A stretch of DNA of 64,000 bases from Eledone cirrhosa (Eukaryota): the NCBI GenBank assembly GCA_964016885.1, contig OZ024744.1, positions 127,348,001 through 127,412,000 on the forward strand, read 5' to 3'. The first letter of the stretch is position 1. Each line of letters starts with the position of its first letter. The translations under genes and the position numbers were made by a program. Under the pieces are notes generated by a model. It saw nothing but the letters and a program-made list of their open reading frames with translations, ran no database searches and was not told the origin of the DNA. Positions 51,301-63,200 of the stretch are shown in pieces.

Positions 51301-54300
51301 TTGAGTTAATTTGGGGTTAAGTTGGGGTTAACTTAAGTTTGGGTTAAGTTAAGTTGGGGTTAAGTTAAGTTGGGGGTAAGTTAAGTTGGGTGCAAGTTGA
51401 GTTGGGGTTAAGTTAAGTTGGGGTTAAGTTAAGGTGGGGGTAAGTTAAGTTGGGGGTAAGTTAAGTTGGGGTTAAGTTAAGTTGGGGTTAAGTTAAGTTG
51501 GGTTTAAGTTAAGTTGGGGCTAAGTTAAGTTGGAGCTAAGTTAAGTTGGGGCTGAGTTAAGTTGGGGTTAACTTAAGTTGGGGTTAAGTTGGGGTTAAGT
51601 TAAGTTGGGGTTAAATTAAGTTGGGGGTTAGTTAAGTTGGGGCAAGTTAAGTTGGGGTTAATTTAAGTTGGGGTTAAGTTAAGTTGGGGTTAAATTAAGT
51701 TGGGGTTAAGTTAAGTTGGGGTTGAGGTAAGTTGGGGTTATGTTAAGTTGGGGCTAAGTTAAGTTGGGGCTAAGTTAAGTTGGGGCTGAGTTAAGTTGGG
51801 GTTAAGTTAAGTTGGGGTTGAGTTAAGTTGGGGTTAAGTTAAGTTGGGATTAAGTTAAGTTGGGGTTAAGTTAAGTTCGGCTTGAGTTAAGTTGGGGTTA
51901 AGTTAAGTTGGGGTTAATTTAAGTTGGGGTTAAGTTAAGTTGGGGTTAAGATAAGTTGGGGTTAAGTTAAGTTGGGGTTAAGTTAAGTTTGGGTTGAGTT
52001 AATTTGGGGTTAAGTTAAGTTGGGGTTAACTTAAGTTGGGGTTAAGTTGGGGTTAAGTTAAGTTGGGGGTAGGTTAAGTTGGGGTTAAGTTAAGTTGGGG
52101 GTAAGTTAAGTCGGGGTTAAGTTAAGTTGGGGGTAAGTTAAGTCGGGGTTAAGTTAAGTTGGGGTTAAGTTAAGTTGGGGTTAAGTTAAGTTGGGGGTAA
52201 GTTAAGTCGGGGTTAAGTTAAGTTGGGGTTAAGTTAAGTTGGGTTTAAGTTAAGTTGGGGCTAAGTTAAGTTGGGGCTAAGTTAAGTTGGGGCTGAGTTA
52301 AGTTGGGGGTAAGTTAAGTTGGGTGTAAGTTAAGTTGGGGTTAAGTTAAGTTGGGGTTCAGTTCAGTTGGGGTTAAGTTAAGTTGGGGTTAAGTTAAGCT
52401 GGGGTTAAGTTAAGTTGGGGTTAATTTAAGTTGGGGTTAAGTTAAGTTGGGGTTAAGTTAAGTTGGGGTTGAGTTAAGTTGGGGTTGAGTTAAGTTGGGG
52501 TTAAGTTAAGTTGGGGTTAAGTTAAGTTGGGGTTAAGTTAAGTTGGGGTTAAGTTAAGTTGGGGTTAAGTTAAGTTGGGGGTAAGTTAAGTTGGGGTTAA
52601 GTTAAGTTGGGGTTAAGTTAAGTTGGGGTTAAGTTAAGTTAGGGTTAATTTCAGTTGGGGTTATGTTAAGTTGGCGTTAGGTTAAGTTGGGGTTAAGTTA
52701 AAGTTGGGGTTAAGTTAAGTTGGGGTAAAGTTAAGTTAGGGTTAAATTAAGTTGGGGTTCAGTTAAGTTGGGGTTAAATTAAGTTGGGGTTAAGTTAAGT
52801 TGGGGTTAGTTAAGTTGGGGTTAAGTTAAGTTGGGGTTAAATTAAGTTGGGGTTAAGTTAAGTTGGGGTTAAGTTAAGTTGGGGTTAAGTTAAGTTGGCG
52901 TTAAGTTAAGTTGGGGTTAAGTTAAGTTGGGGTTAAGTTAAGTTGGGGTTAAGTTAAGTTGGGGTTAAGTTAAGTTGGGGTTAAGTTAAGTTGGAGTTAA
53001 GTCAAGTTGGGGTTAAGTCAAGTTGGGGTTAAGTCAAGTTGGGGTTAAGTCAAGTTGGGGTTAAGTTAAGTTGGGGTTAAGTTAAGTTGGGGTTAAGTTA
53101 AGTTGGGGGTAAGTTAAGTTGGGTGTAAGTTAAGTTGGGGTTAAGTTAAGTTGGGGTTCAGTTCAGTTGGGGTTAAGTTAAGTTGGGGTTAAGTTAAGCT
53201 GGGGGTAAGTTAAGTTGGGGTTAAGTTAAGTTGGGGTTAAGTTAAGTTGGGGTTAAGTTAAGTTGGGGTTAAGTTAAGTTGGAGTTAAGTTAAGTTGGGG
53301 TTAAGCTAAGTTGGGGTTCAGTTAAGTTGGGGTTAAGTTAATTTGGGGCTGAGTTAAGTTGGGGTTAAGTTAAGTTCGGGTTGAGTTAAGTTGGGGTTAA
53401 TTTAAGTTGGGGTTAAGTTAAGTTGGGGTTAAGATAAGTTGGGGTTAAGTTAAGTTGGGGTTAATTTAAGTTGGGGTTGAGTTAATTTGGGTTTAATTTA
53501 AGTTGGGCTTAACTTAAGTTGGGGTTAAGTTAAGTTGGGGTTAAGTTAAGTTGGGGGTAAGTTAAGTTGGGGGCAAGTTAAGTTGGGGTTAATTTAAGTT
53601 GGGGTTAAGTTAAGTTGGGGTTATGTTAAGTTGGGGTTAAGTTAAGTTGGGGTTAAGTTAAGTTGGGGGTAACTTAAGTTGGGGTTAAGTTAAGTTGGGG
53701 TTAAGTTAAGTTGAGGGTAAGTTAAGTTGAGGGTAAGTTAAGTTGAGGTTAAGTTAAGTTGGGGTTAAGTTAAGTTGGGGGTAAGTTAAGTTGGGGGTAA
53801 GTTAAGTTGGGGTTAAGTTAAGTTGGGGTTAAATTAAGTTGAGGTTAAGTTAATTTGGGGTTAAGTTGGGGTTAAGTTAAGTTGGGGGTAAGATAAGTTG
53901 GGGCTAAGTTAAGTTGGGGCTAAGTCAAGTTGGGGTTAAGTCAAGTTGAGGTTAACTTAAGTTGGGGTTAAGTTAAGTTGGGGTTAAGTTAAGTTGGGGC
54001 TAAGTTAAGTTGGGGCTAAGTTAAGTTGGGGCTGAGTTAAGTTGGGGTTAAGTTAAGTTGGGGTTAAGTTAAGTTAGAGTTAATTTCAGTTGGGGTTATA
54101 TTAAGTTGGGGTTAAGTTAAAGTTGGGGTTAAGTTAAGTTGGGGTAAAGTTAAGTTAGGGTTAAGTTAAGTTGGGGTTAAGTTAAGTTGGGCTTAAATTA
54201 AGTTGGGGTTAAGTTAAGTTGTGGTTAAGTTAAGTTGGGGTTAAATTATGTTGGGGTTCAGTTAAGTTGGGGTTACATTAAGTTGGGGTTAAGTTAAGTT

Positions 54301-57300
54301 GGGGTTAGTTAAGTTGGGGTTAAGTTAAGTTGGGGTTAAGTTAAGTTGGGGTTAAATTAAGTTGGGGTTAAGTTAAGTTGGGGTTAAGTTAAGTTGGGTT
54401 TAAATTAAGTTGGGGTTCAGTTAAGTTGGGGTTAAGTTAAGTTGGGGTTAAGTTAAGTTGGGGTTAGTTAAGTTGGGGTTAAGTTAAGTTGGGGTTAAGT
54501 TAAGTTGGGGTTAAGTTAAGTTGGGGTTAAGTTAAGTTGGCGTTAAGTTAAGTTGGGGTTAAGTTAAGTTGGGGTTAATTTAAGTTGGGGTTAAGATAAG
54601 GTGTGGTTAAGTTAAGTTGGGGGTAAGTTAAGTTGGGTGTAAGTTAAGTTGGGGTTAAGTTAAGTTGAGGTTCAGTTCAGTTGGGGTTAAGTTAAGTTGG
54701 GGTTAAGTTAAGTTGGGGGTAAGTTAAGTTGGGGTTAAGTTAAGTTGGGGTTAAGTTAAGTTGGGGTTAAGTTAAGTTGGGGTTAAGTTAAGTTGGGGTT
54801 AAGTTAAGTTGGGGTTAAGTTAATTTGGGGCTGAGTTAAGTTGGGGTTAAGTTAAGTTCGGGTTGAGTTAAGTTGGGGTTAAGTTAAGTTGGGGTTAAGT
54901 TAAGTTGGGGTTAAGTTAAGTTGGGGTTAAGATAAGTTGGGGTTAAGTTAAGTTGGGTTTAATTTAAGTTGGGGTTGAGGTAATTTGGGTTTAAGTTAAG
55001 TTGGGCTTAACTTAAGTTGGGGTTAAGTTGGGGTTAAGTTAAGTTGGGGTTAAGTTAAGTTGGGGGTAAGTTAAGTTGGGGGCAAGTTAAGTTGGGGTTA
55101 ATTTAAGTTGGGGTTAAGTTAAGTTGGGGTTATGTTAAGTTGGGGTTATGTTAAGTTGGGGTTAAGTTAAGTTGGGGTTAAGTTAAGTTGGGGGTAAGTT
55201 AAGTTGATGGTAAGTTAAGTTGGGGTTAAGTTAAGTTGGGGTTAAGTTAAGTTGGGGGTAAGATAAGTTGGGGCTAAGTTAAGTTGGGCTTAACTTAAGT
55301 TGGGGTTAAGTTGGGGTTAATTTAAGTTGGGGTTAAGTTAAGTTGGGGTTAAGGTAAGTTGGGGTTAAGTTAAGTTGGGGCTAAGTTAAGTTGGGGCTAA
55401 GTTAAGTTGGGGCTGAGTTAAGTTGGGGTTAAGTTGGGGTTAAGTTAAGTTGGGGTTAACTTAAGTTGGGGTTAAGTTAAGATGGGGTTAAGTTAAGTTG
55501 GGGGTAAGTTAAGTTGGGGGCAAGTTGAGTTGGGGTTAAGTTAAGTTGGGGTTAAGTTAAGGTGGGGGTAAGTTAAGTTGGGGGTAAGTTAAGTTGGCGT
55601 TAAGTTAAGTTGGGGTTAAGTTAAGTTGGGTTTAAGTTAAGTTGGGGCTAAGTTAAGTTGGGGCTAAGTTAAGTTGGGGCTGAGTTAAGTTGGGGTTGAG
55701 TTAAGTTGGGGTTAACTTAAGTTGGGGTTGAGTTGGGGTTAAGTTAAGTTGGGGGTTAGTTAAGTTGGGGGCAAGTTAAGTTGGGGTTAATTTAAGTTGG
55801 GGTTAAGTTAAGTTGGGGTTATGTTAAGTTGGGGTTAAGTTAAGTTGGGGTTAAGTTAAGTTGGGGGTAAGTTAACTGGGGTTAAGTTAAGTTGGGGGTA
55901 AGTTAAGTTGAGGCTAAGTTAAGTTGGGGTTAAGTTAAGTTGGGGTTCAATTAAGTTGGGGGTAAGTTAAGTTGGGGTTAAGTTAAGTTGTGGTTAAGAT
56001 AAGTTGGGGCTAAGTTCAGTTGGGGCTAAGTCAAGTTGGGGTTAAGTCAAGTTGAGGTTAACTTAAGTTGGGATTAAGTTAAGTTGGGGTTAAGTTAAGT
56101 TGGGGTTAAGGTAAGTTGGGGTTATGTTAAGTTGGGGCTAAGTTAAGTTGGGGCTAAGTTAAGTTGGGGCTAAATTAAGTTGGGGCTGAGTTAAGTTGGG
56201 GTTAAGTTAAGTTGGGGTTGAGTTAAGTTGGGGTTAAGTTAAGTTGGGATTAAGTTAAGTTGGGGTTAAGTTAAGTTCGGCTTGAGTTAAGTTGGGGTTA
56301 AGTTAAGTTGGGGTTAATTTAAGTTGGGGTTAAGTTAAGTTGGGGGTAAGTTAAGTTGGGTGTAAATTAAGTTGGGGTTAAGTTAAGTTGGGGTTCAGTT
56401 CAGTTGGGGTTAAGTTAAGTTGGGGTTAAGTTAAGTTGGGGTTAAGTTAAGTTGGGGGTAACTTAAATTGGGGGCAAGTTAAGTTGGGGTTAATTTAAGT
56501 TGGGGTTAAGTTAAGTTGGGGTTATGTTAAGTTGGGGTTAAGTTAAGTTGGGGTTAAGTTAAGTTGGGGGTAACTTAAGTTGGGGTTAAGTTAAGTTGGG
56601 GTTAAGTTAAGTTGAGGGTAAGTTAAGTTGAGGGTAAGTTAAGTTGAGGTTAAGTTAAGTTGGGGTTAAGTTAAGTTGGGGGTAAGTTAAGTTGGGGGTA
56701 AGTTAAGTTGGGGTTAAGTTAAGTTGGGGTTAAATTAAGTTGAGGTTAAGTTAATTTGGGGTTAAGTTGGGGTTAAGTTAAGTTGGGGGTAAGATAAGTT
56801 GGGGCTAAGTCAAGTTGGGGTTAAGTCAAGTTGAGGTTAACTTAAGTTGGGGTTAAGTTAAGTTGGGGTTAAGTTAAGTTGGGGCTAAGTCAAGTTGGGG
56901 TTAAGTCAAGTTGAGGTTAACTTAAGTTGGGGTTAAGTTAAGTTGGGGTTAAGTTAAGTTGGGGCTAAGTTAAGTTGGGGCTAAGTAAAGTTAGGGTTAA
57001 TTTCAGTTGGGGTTATGTTAAGTTGGGGTTAAGTTAAAGTTGGGGTTAAGTTAAGTTGGGGTAAAGTTAAGTTAGGGTTAAGTTAAGTTGGGGTTAAGTT
57101 AAGTTGGGCTTAAATTAAGTTGGGGTTAAGTTAAGTTGGGGTTAAGTTAAGTTGGGGTTAAATTAAGTTGGGGTTCAGTTAAGTTGGGGTTAAATTAAGT
57201 TGGGGTTAAGTTAAGTTGGGGTTAGTTAAGTTGGGGTTAAGTTAAGTTGGGGTTAAGTTAAGTTGGGGTTAAGTTAAGTTGGGGTTAAGTTAAGTTGGGG

Positions 57301-59770
57301 TTAAGTTAAGTTGGGGTTAAATTAAGTTGGGGTTCAGTTAAGTTGGGGTTAAGTTAAGTTGGGGTTAAGTTAAGTTGGGGTTAGTTAAGTTGGGGTTAAG
57401 TTAAGTTGGGGTTAAGTTAAGTTGGGGTTAAGTTAAGTTGGGGTTAAGTTAAGTTGGGGTTAAGTTAAGTTGGCGTTAAGTTAAGTTGGGGTTAAGTTAA
57501 GTTGGGGTTAATTTAAGTTGGGGTTAAGATAAGTTGGGGTTAAGTTAAGTTGGGGTTAATTTAAGTTGGGGTTGAGGTAATTTGGGTTTAAGTTAAGTTG
57601 GGCTTAACTTAAGTTGGGGTTAAGTTGGGGTTAAGTTAAGTTGGGGTTAAGTTAAGTTGGGGTTAAGTTAAGTTGGGTTTAAGTTAAGTTGGGGCTAAGT
57701 TAAGTTGGGGCTAAGTTAAGTTGGGGCTGAGTTAAGTTGGGGTTAACTTAAGTTGGGGTTAAGTTGGGGTTAAGTTAAGTTGGGGTTAAATTAAGTTGGG
57801 GGTTAGTTAAGTTGGGGCAAGTTAAGTTGGGGTTAATTTAAGTTGGGGTTAAGTTAAGTTGGGGTTAAATTAAGTTGGGGTTAAGTTAAGTTGGGGTTGA
57901 GGTAAGTTGGGGTTATGTTAAGTTGGGGCTAAGTTAAGTTGGGGCTGAGTTAAGTTGGGGTTAAGTTAAGTTGGGGTTGAGTTAAGTTGGGGTTAAGTTA
58001 AGTTGGGATTAAGTTAAGTTGGGGTTAAGTTAAGTTCGGCTTGAGTTAAGTTGGGGTTAAGTTAAGTTGGGGTTAATTTAAGTTGGGGTTAAGTTAAGTT
58101 GGGGTTAAGATAAGTTGGGGTTAAGTTAAGTTGGGGTTAAGTTAAGTTTGGGTTGAGTTAATTTGGGGTTAAGTTAAGTTGGGGTTAACTTAAGTTGGGG
58201 TTAAGTTGGGGTTAAGTTAAGTTGGGGGTAGGTTAAGTTGGGGTTAAGTTAAGTTGGGGGTAAGTTAAGTCGGGGTTAAGTTAAGTTGGGGGTAAGTTAA
58301 GTCGGGTTTAAGTTAAGTTGGGGTTAAGTTAAGTTGGGGTTAAGTTAAGTTGGGGGTAAGTTAAGTCGGGGTTAAGTTAAGTTGGGGTTAAGTTAAGTTG
58401 GGTTTAAGGTAAGTTGGGGCTAAGTTAAGTTGGGGCTAAGTTAAGCTGGGGTTAAGTTAAGTTGGGGTTAAGTTAAGTTGGGGTTAAGTTAAGTTGGGGT
58501 TAAGTTAAGTTGGGGTTGAGTTAAGTTGGGGTTGAGTTAAGTTGGGGTTAAGTTAAGTTGGGGTTAAGTTAAGTTGGGGTTAAGTTAAGTTGGGGTTAAG
58601 TTAAGTTGGGGTTACGTTAAGTTGGGGGTAAGTTAAGTTGGGGGCAAGTTAAGTTGGGGTTAAGTTAAGTTGGGGTTAAGTTAAGTTGGGGTTAAGTTAA
58701 GTTAGGGTTAATTTCAGTTGGGGTTATGTTAAGTTGGCGTTAGGTTAAGTTGGGGTTAAGTTAAAGTTGGGGTTAAGTTAAGTTGGGGTAAAGTTAAGTT
58801 AGGGTTAAATTAAGTTGGGGTTCAGTTAAGTTGGGGTTAAATTAAGTTGGGGTTAAGTTAAGTTGGGGTTAGTTAAGTTGGGGTTAAGTTAAGTTGGCGT
58901 TAAGTTAAGTTGGGGTTAAGTTAAGTTGGGGTTAAGTTAAGTTGGGGTTAAGTTAAGTTGGGGTTAAGTTAAGTTGGGGTTAAGTTAAGTTGGAGTTAAG
59001 TCAAGTTGGGGTTAAGTCAAGTTGGGGTTAAGTCAAGTTGGGGTTAAGTCAAGTTGGGGTTAAGTTAAGTTGGGGTTAAGTTAAGTTGGGGTTAAGTTAA
59101 GTTGGGGGTAAGTTAAGTTGGGTGTAAGTTAAGTTGGGTGTAAGTTAAGTTGGGGTTAAGTTAAGTTGGGGTTCAGTTCAGTTGGGGTTAAGTTAAGTTG
59201 GGGTTAAGTTAAGCTGGGGGTAAGTTAAGTTGGGGTTAAGTTAAGTTGGGGTTAAGTTAAGTTGGGGTTAAGTTAAGTTGGGGTTAAGTTAAGTTGGAGT
59301 TAAGTTAAGTTGGGGTTAAGCTAAGTTGGGGTTCAGTTAAGTTGGGGTTAAGTTAATTTGGGGCTGAGTTAAGTTGGGGTTAAGTTAAGTTCGGGTTGAG
59401 TTAAGTTGGGGGTAAGTTAAGTTGGGGTTAAGTTAAGTTGGGGTTAAGTTAAGTTGGGGTTAAGATAAGTTGGGGTTAAGTTAAGTTGGGGTTAATTTAA
59501 GTTGGGGTTGAGTTAATTTGGGTTTAAGTTAAGTTGGGCTTAACTTAAGTTGGGGTTAAGTTAAGTTGGGGTTAAGTTAAGTTGGGGGTAAGTTAAGTTG
59601 AGGGCAAGTTAAGTTGGGGTTAATTTAAGTTGGGGTTAAGTTAAGTTGGGGTTATGTTAAGTTGGGGTTAAGTTAAGTTGGGGTTAAGTTAAGTTGGGGT
59701 TAAATTAAGTTGAGGTTAAGTTAATTTGGGGTTAAGTTGGGGTTAAGTTAAGTTGGGGTTAAGTTAAGTT
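45320..59770 (+). repeat. Copy C of ~14.4-kb super-HOR (least rearranged copy)
   Basis: Contains each marker block once plus two 1,790-bp units. It is collinear with A (offset 32386/32370, then 27888 after the 4,498-bp duplication) and with B. Collinearity is lost near 59770. Confidence 0.86.
47600..51190 (+). repeat. 1,790-bp HOR unit x2
   Basis: TTTGCGG is at 48937 and 50727 (spacing 1790). Confidence 0.93.
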
Positions 59771-60099
59771 GGGGCTAAGTTAAGTTGGGGCTAAGTTAAG
59801 TTGGGGCTGAGTTAAGTTGGGGGTAAGTTAAGTTGGGTGTAAGTTAAGTTGGGGTTAAATTAAGTTGGGGTTCAGTTAAGTTGGGGTTAAGTTAAGTTGG
59901 GGTTAAGTTAAGTTGGGGTTAAATTAAGTTGAGGTTAAGTTAATTTGGGGTTAAGTTGGGGTTAAGTTAAGTTGGGGGTAAGATAAGTTGGGGCTAAGTT
60001 AAGTTGGGGCTAAGTCAAGTTGGGGTTAAGTCAAGTTGAGGTTAACTTAAGTTGGGGTTAAGTTAAGTTGGGGTTAAGTTAAGTTGGGGCTAAGTTAAG

Positions 60100-63050
60100 T
60101 TGGGGCTAAGTTAAGTTGGGGCTAAGTTAAGTTGGGGCTGAGTTAAGTTGGGGGTAAGTTAAGTTGGGTGTAAGTTAAGTTGGGGTTAAGTTAAGTTGGG
60201 GTTCAGTTCAGTTGGGGTTAAGTTAAGTTGGGGTTAAGTTAAGCTGGGGTTAAGTTAAGTTGGGGTTAAGTTAAGTTGGGGTTAAGTTAAGTTGGGGTTA
60301 AGTTAAGTTGGGGTTGAGTTAAGTTGGGGTTGAGTTAAGTTGGGGTTAAGTTAAGTTGGGGTTAAGTTAAGTTGGGGTTAAGTTAAGTTGGGGTTAAGTT
60401 AAGTTGGGGGTAAGTTAAGTTGGGGGTAAGTTAAGTTGGGGGCAAGTTAAGTTGGGGTTAAGTTAAGTTGGGGTTAAGTTAAGTTGGGGTTAAGTTAAGT
60501 TAGGGTTAATTTCAGTTGGGGTTATGTTAAGTTGGCGTTAGGTTAAGTTGGGGTTAAGTTAAAGTTGGGGTTAAGTTAAGTTGGGGTAAAGTTAAGTTAG
60601 GGTTAAATTAAGTTGGGGTTCAGTTAAGTTGGGGTTAAATTAAGTTGGGGTTAAGTTAAGTTGGGGTTAGTTAAGTTGGGGTTAAGTTAAGTTGGGGTTA
60701 AATTAAGTTGGGGTTAAGTTAAGTTGGGGTTAAGTTAAGTTGGGGTTAAGTTAAGTTGGAGTTAAGTTAAGTTGGGGTTAAGTTAAGTTGGGGTTAAGTT
60801 AAGTTGGGGTTAAGTTAAGTTGGGGTTAAGTTAAGTTGGGGTTAAGTTAAGTTGGAGTTAAGTCAAGTTGGGGTTAAGTCAAGTTGGGGTTAAGTCAAGT
60901 TGGGGTTAAGTCAAGTTGGGGTTAAGTTAAGTTGGGGTTAAGTTAAGTTGGGGTTAAGTTAAGTTGGGGGTAAGTTAAGTTGGGGTTAAGTTAAGTTGGG
61001 GTTAAGTTAAGTTGGGGGTAAGTTAAGTTGGGTGTAAGTTATGTTGGGGTTAAGTTAAGTTGGGGTTCAGCTCAGTTGGGGTTAAGTTAAGTTGGGGTTA
61101 AGTTAAGCTTGGGGTAAGTTAAGTTGGGGTTAAGTTAAGTTGGGGTTAAGCTAAGTTGGGGTTCAGTTAAGTTGGGGTTAAGTTAATTTGGGGCTGAGTT
61201 AAGTTGGGGTTAAGTTAAGTTCGGGTTGAGTTAAGTTGGGGGTAAGTTAAGTTGGGGTTAAGTTAAGTTGGGGTTAAGATAAGTTGGGGTTAAGTTAAGT
61301 TGGGGTTAATTTAAGTTGGGGTTGAGTTAATTTGGGTTTAAGTTAAGTTGGGCTTAACTTAAGTTGGGGTTAAGTTAAGTTGGGGTTAAGTTAAGTTGGG
61401 GGTAAGTTAAGTTGGGGGCAAGTTAAGTTGGGGTTAATTTAAGTTGGGGTTAAGTTAAGTTGGGGTTATGTTAAGTTGGGGTTAAGTTAAGTTGGGGTTA
61501 AGTTAAGTTGGGGGTAACTTAAGTTGGGGTTAAGTTAAGTTGGGGTTAAGTTAAGTTGAGGGTAAGTTAAGTTGAGGGTAAGTTAAGTTGAGGTTAAATT
61601 AAGTTGGGGTTAAGTTAAGTTGGGGGTAAGTTAAGTTGGGGGTAAGTTAAGTTGGGGTTAAGTTAAGTTGGGGTTAAATTAAGTTGAGGTTAAGTTAATT
61701 TGGGGTTAAGTTGGGGTTAAGTTAAGTTGGGGGTAAGATAAGTTGGGGCTAAGTTAAGTTGGGGCTAAGTCAAGTTGGGGTTAAGTCAAGTTGAGGTTAA
61801 CTTAAGTTGGGGTTAAGTTAAGTTGGGGTTAAGTTAAGTTGGGGCTAAGTTAAGTTGGGGCTAAGTTAAGTTGGGGCTGAGTTAAGTTGGGGTTAAGTTA
61901 AGTTGGGGTTAAGTTAAGTTAGAGTTAATTTCAGTTGGGGTTATGTTAAGTTGGGGTTAAGTTAAAGTTGGGGTTAAGTTAAGTTGGGGTAAAGTTAAGT
62001 TAGGGTTAAGTTAAGTTGGGGTTAAGTTAAGTTGGGCTTAAATTAAGTTGGGGTTAAGTTAAGTTGGGGTTAAGTTAAGTTGGGGTTAAATTAAGTTGGG
62101 GTTCAGTTAAGTTGGGGTTAAATTAAGTTGGGGTTAAGTTAAGTTGGGGTTAGTTAAGTTGGGGTTAAGTTAAGTTGGGGTTAAGTTAAGTTGAAGTTAA
62201 GTTAAGTTGGGGTTAAGTTAAGTTGGGGTTAACTTAAGTTGGGGTTAAGTTAAGTTGGGGTTAAATTAAGTTGGGGTTCAGTTAAGTTGGGGTTCAGTTA
62301 AGTTGGGGTTAAGTTAAGTTGGGGTTAGTTAAGTTGGGGTTAAGTTAAGTTGGGGTTAAGTTAAGTTGGGGTTAAGTTAAGTTGGGGTTAAGTTAAGTTG
62401 GCGTTAAGTTAAGTTGGGGTTAAGTTAAGTTGGGGTTAATTTAAGTTGGGGTTAAGATAAGGTGTGGTTAAGTTAAGTTGGGGGTAAGTTAAGTTGGGTG
62501 TAAGTTAAGTTGGGGTTAAGTTAAGTTGGGGTTCAGTTCAGTTGGGGTTAAGTTAAGTTGGGGTTAAGTTAAGCTGGGGGTAAGTTAAGTTGGGGTTAAG
62601 TTAAGTTGGGGTTAAGTTAAGTTGGGGTTAAGTTAAGTTGGGGTTAAGTTAAGTTGGGGTTAAGTTAAGTTGGAGTTAAGTTAAGTTGGGGTTAAGCTAA
62701 GTTGGGGTTCAGTTAAGTTGGGGTTAAGTTAATTTGGGGCTGAGTTATGTTGGGGTTAAGTTAAGTTCGGGTTGAGTTAAGTTGGGGTTAAGTTAAGTTG
62801 GTGTTAAGTTAAGTTGGGGTTAAGTTAAGTTGGGGTTAAGATAAGTTGGGGTTAAGTTAAGTTGGGGTTAATTTAAGTTGGGGTTGAGGTAATTTGGGTT
62901 TAAGTTAAGTTGGGCTTAACTTAAGTTGGGGTTAAGTTGGGGTTAAGTTAAGTTGGGGTTAAGTTAAGTTGGGGGTAAGTTAAGTTGGGGGCAAGTTAAG
63001 TTGGGGTTAATTTAAGTTGGGGTTAAGTTAAGTTGGGGTTATGTTAATTT
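60100..63050 (+). repeat. More diverged relative of the block at ~52250-55140 (and ~19870-22750)
   Basis: GCTGAG 52292/60137 and TAGAG-TTAATTTCAG 54075/61920 both give offset 7845. It carries variants I did not see elsewhere (TTCAGCTCAG ~61066, AAGCTTGGGG ~61105, TTGAAG 62191). Confidence 0.78.
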
Positions 63051-63102
63051 GGGGTTAAGTTAAGTTGGCGTTAAGTTAAGTTGGGGTTAAGTTAAGTTGG
63101 GG

Positions 63103-63200
63103 TTAAGTTAATTTGCGGTTAAGTTAGGTTGTGGGTTCAGTTAAGTTGGGGTTAAGTTAATTTGCGGTTAAGTTAGGTTGTGGGTTCAGTTAAGTTGGGG
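63103..63200 (+). repeat. 49-bp (16+17+16) tandem duplication
   Basis: TTAAGTTAATTTGCGG-TTAAGTTAGGTTGTGGG-TTCAGTTAAGTTGGGG occurs twice, with TTTGCGG at 63112 and 63161. Confidence 0.9.
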
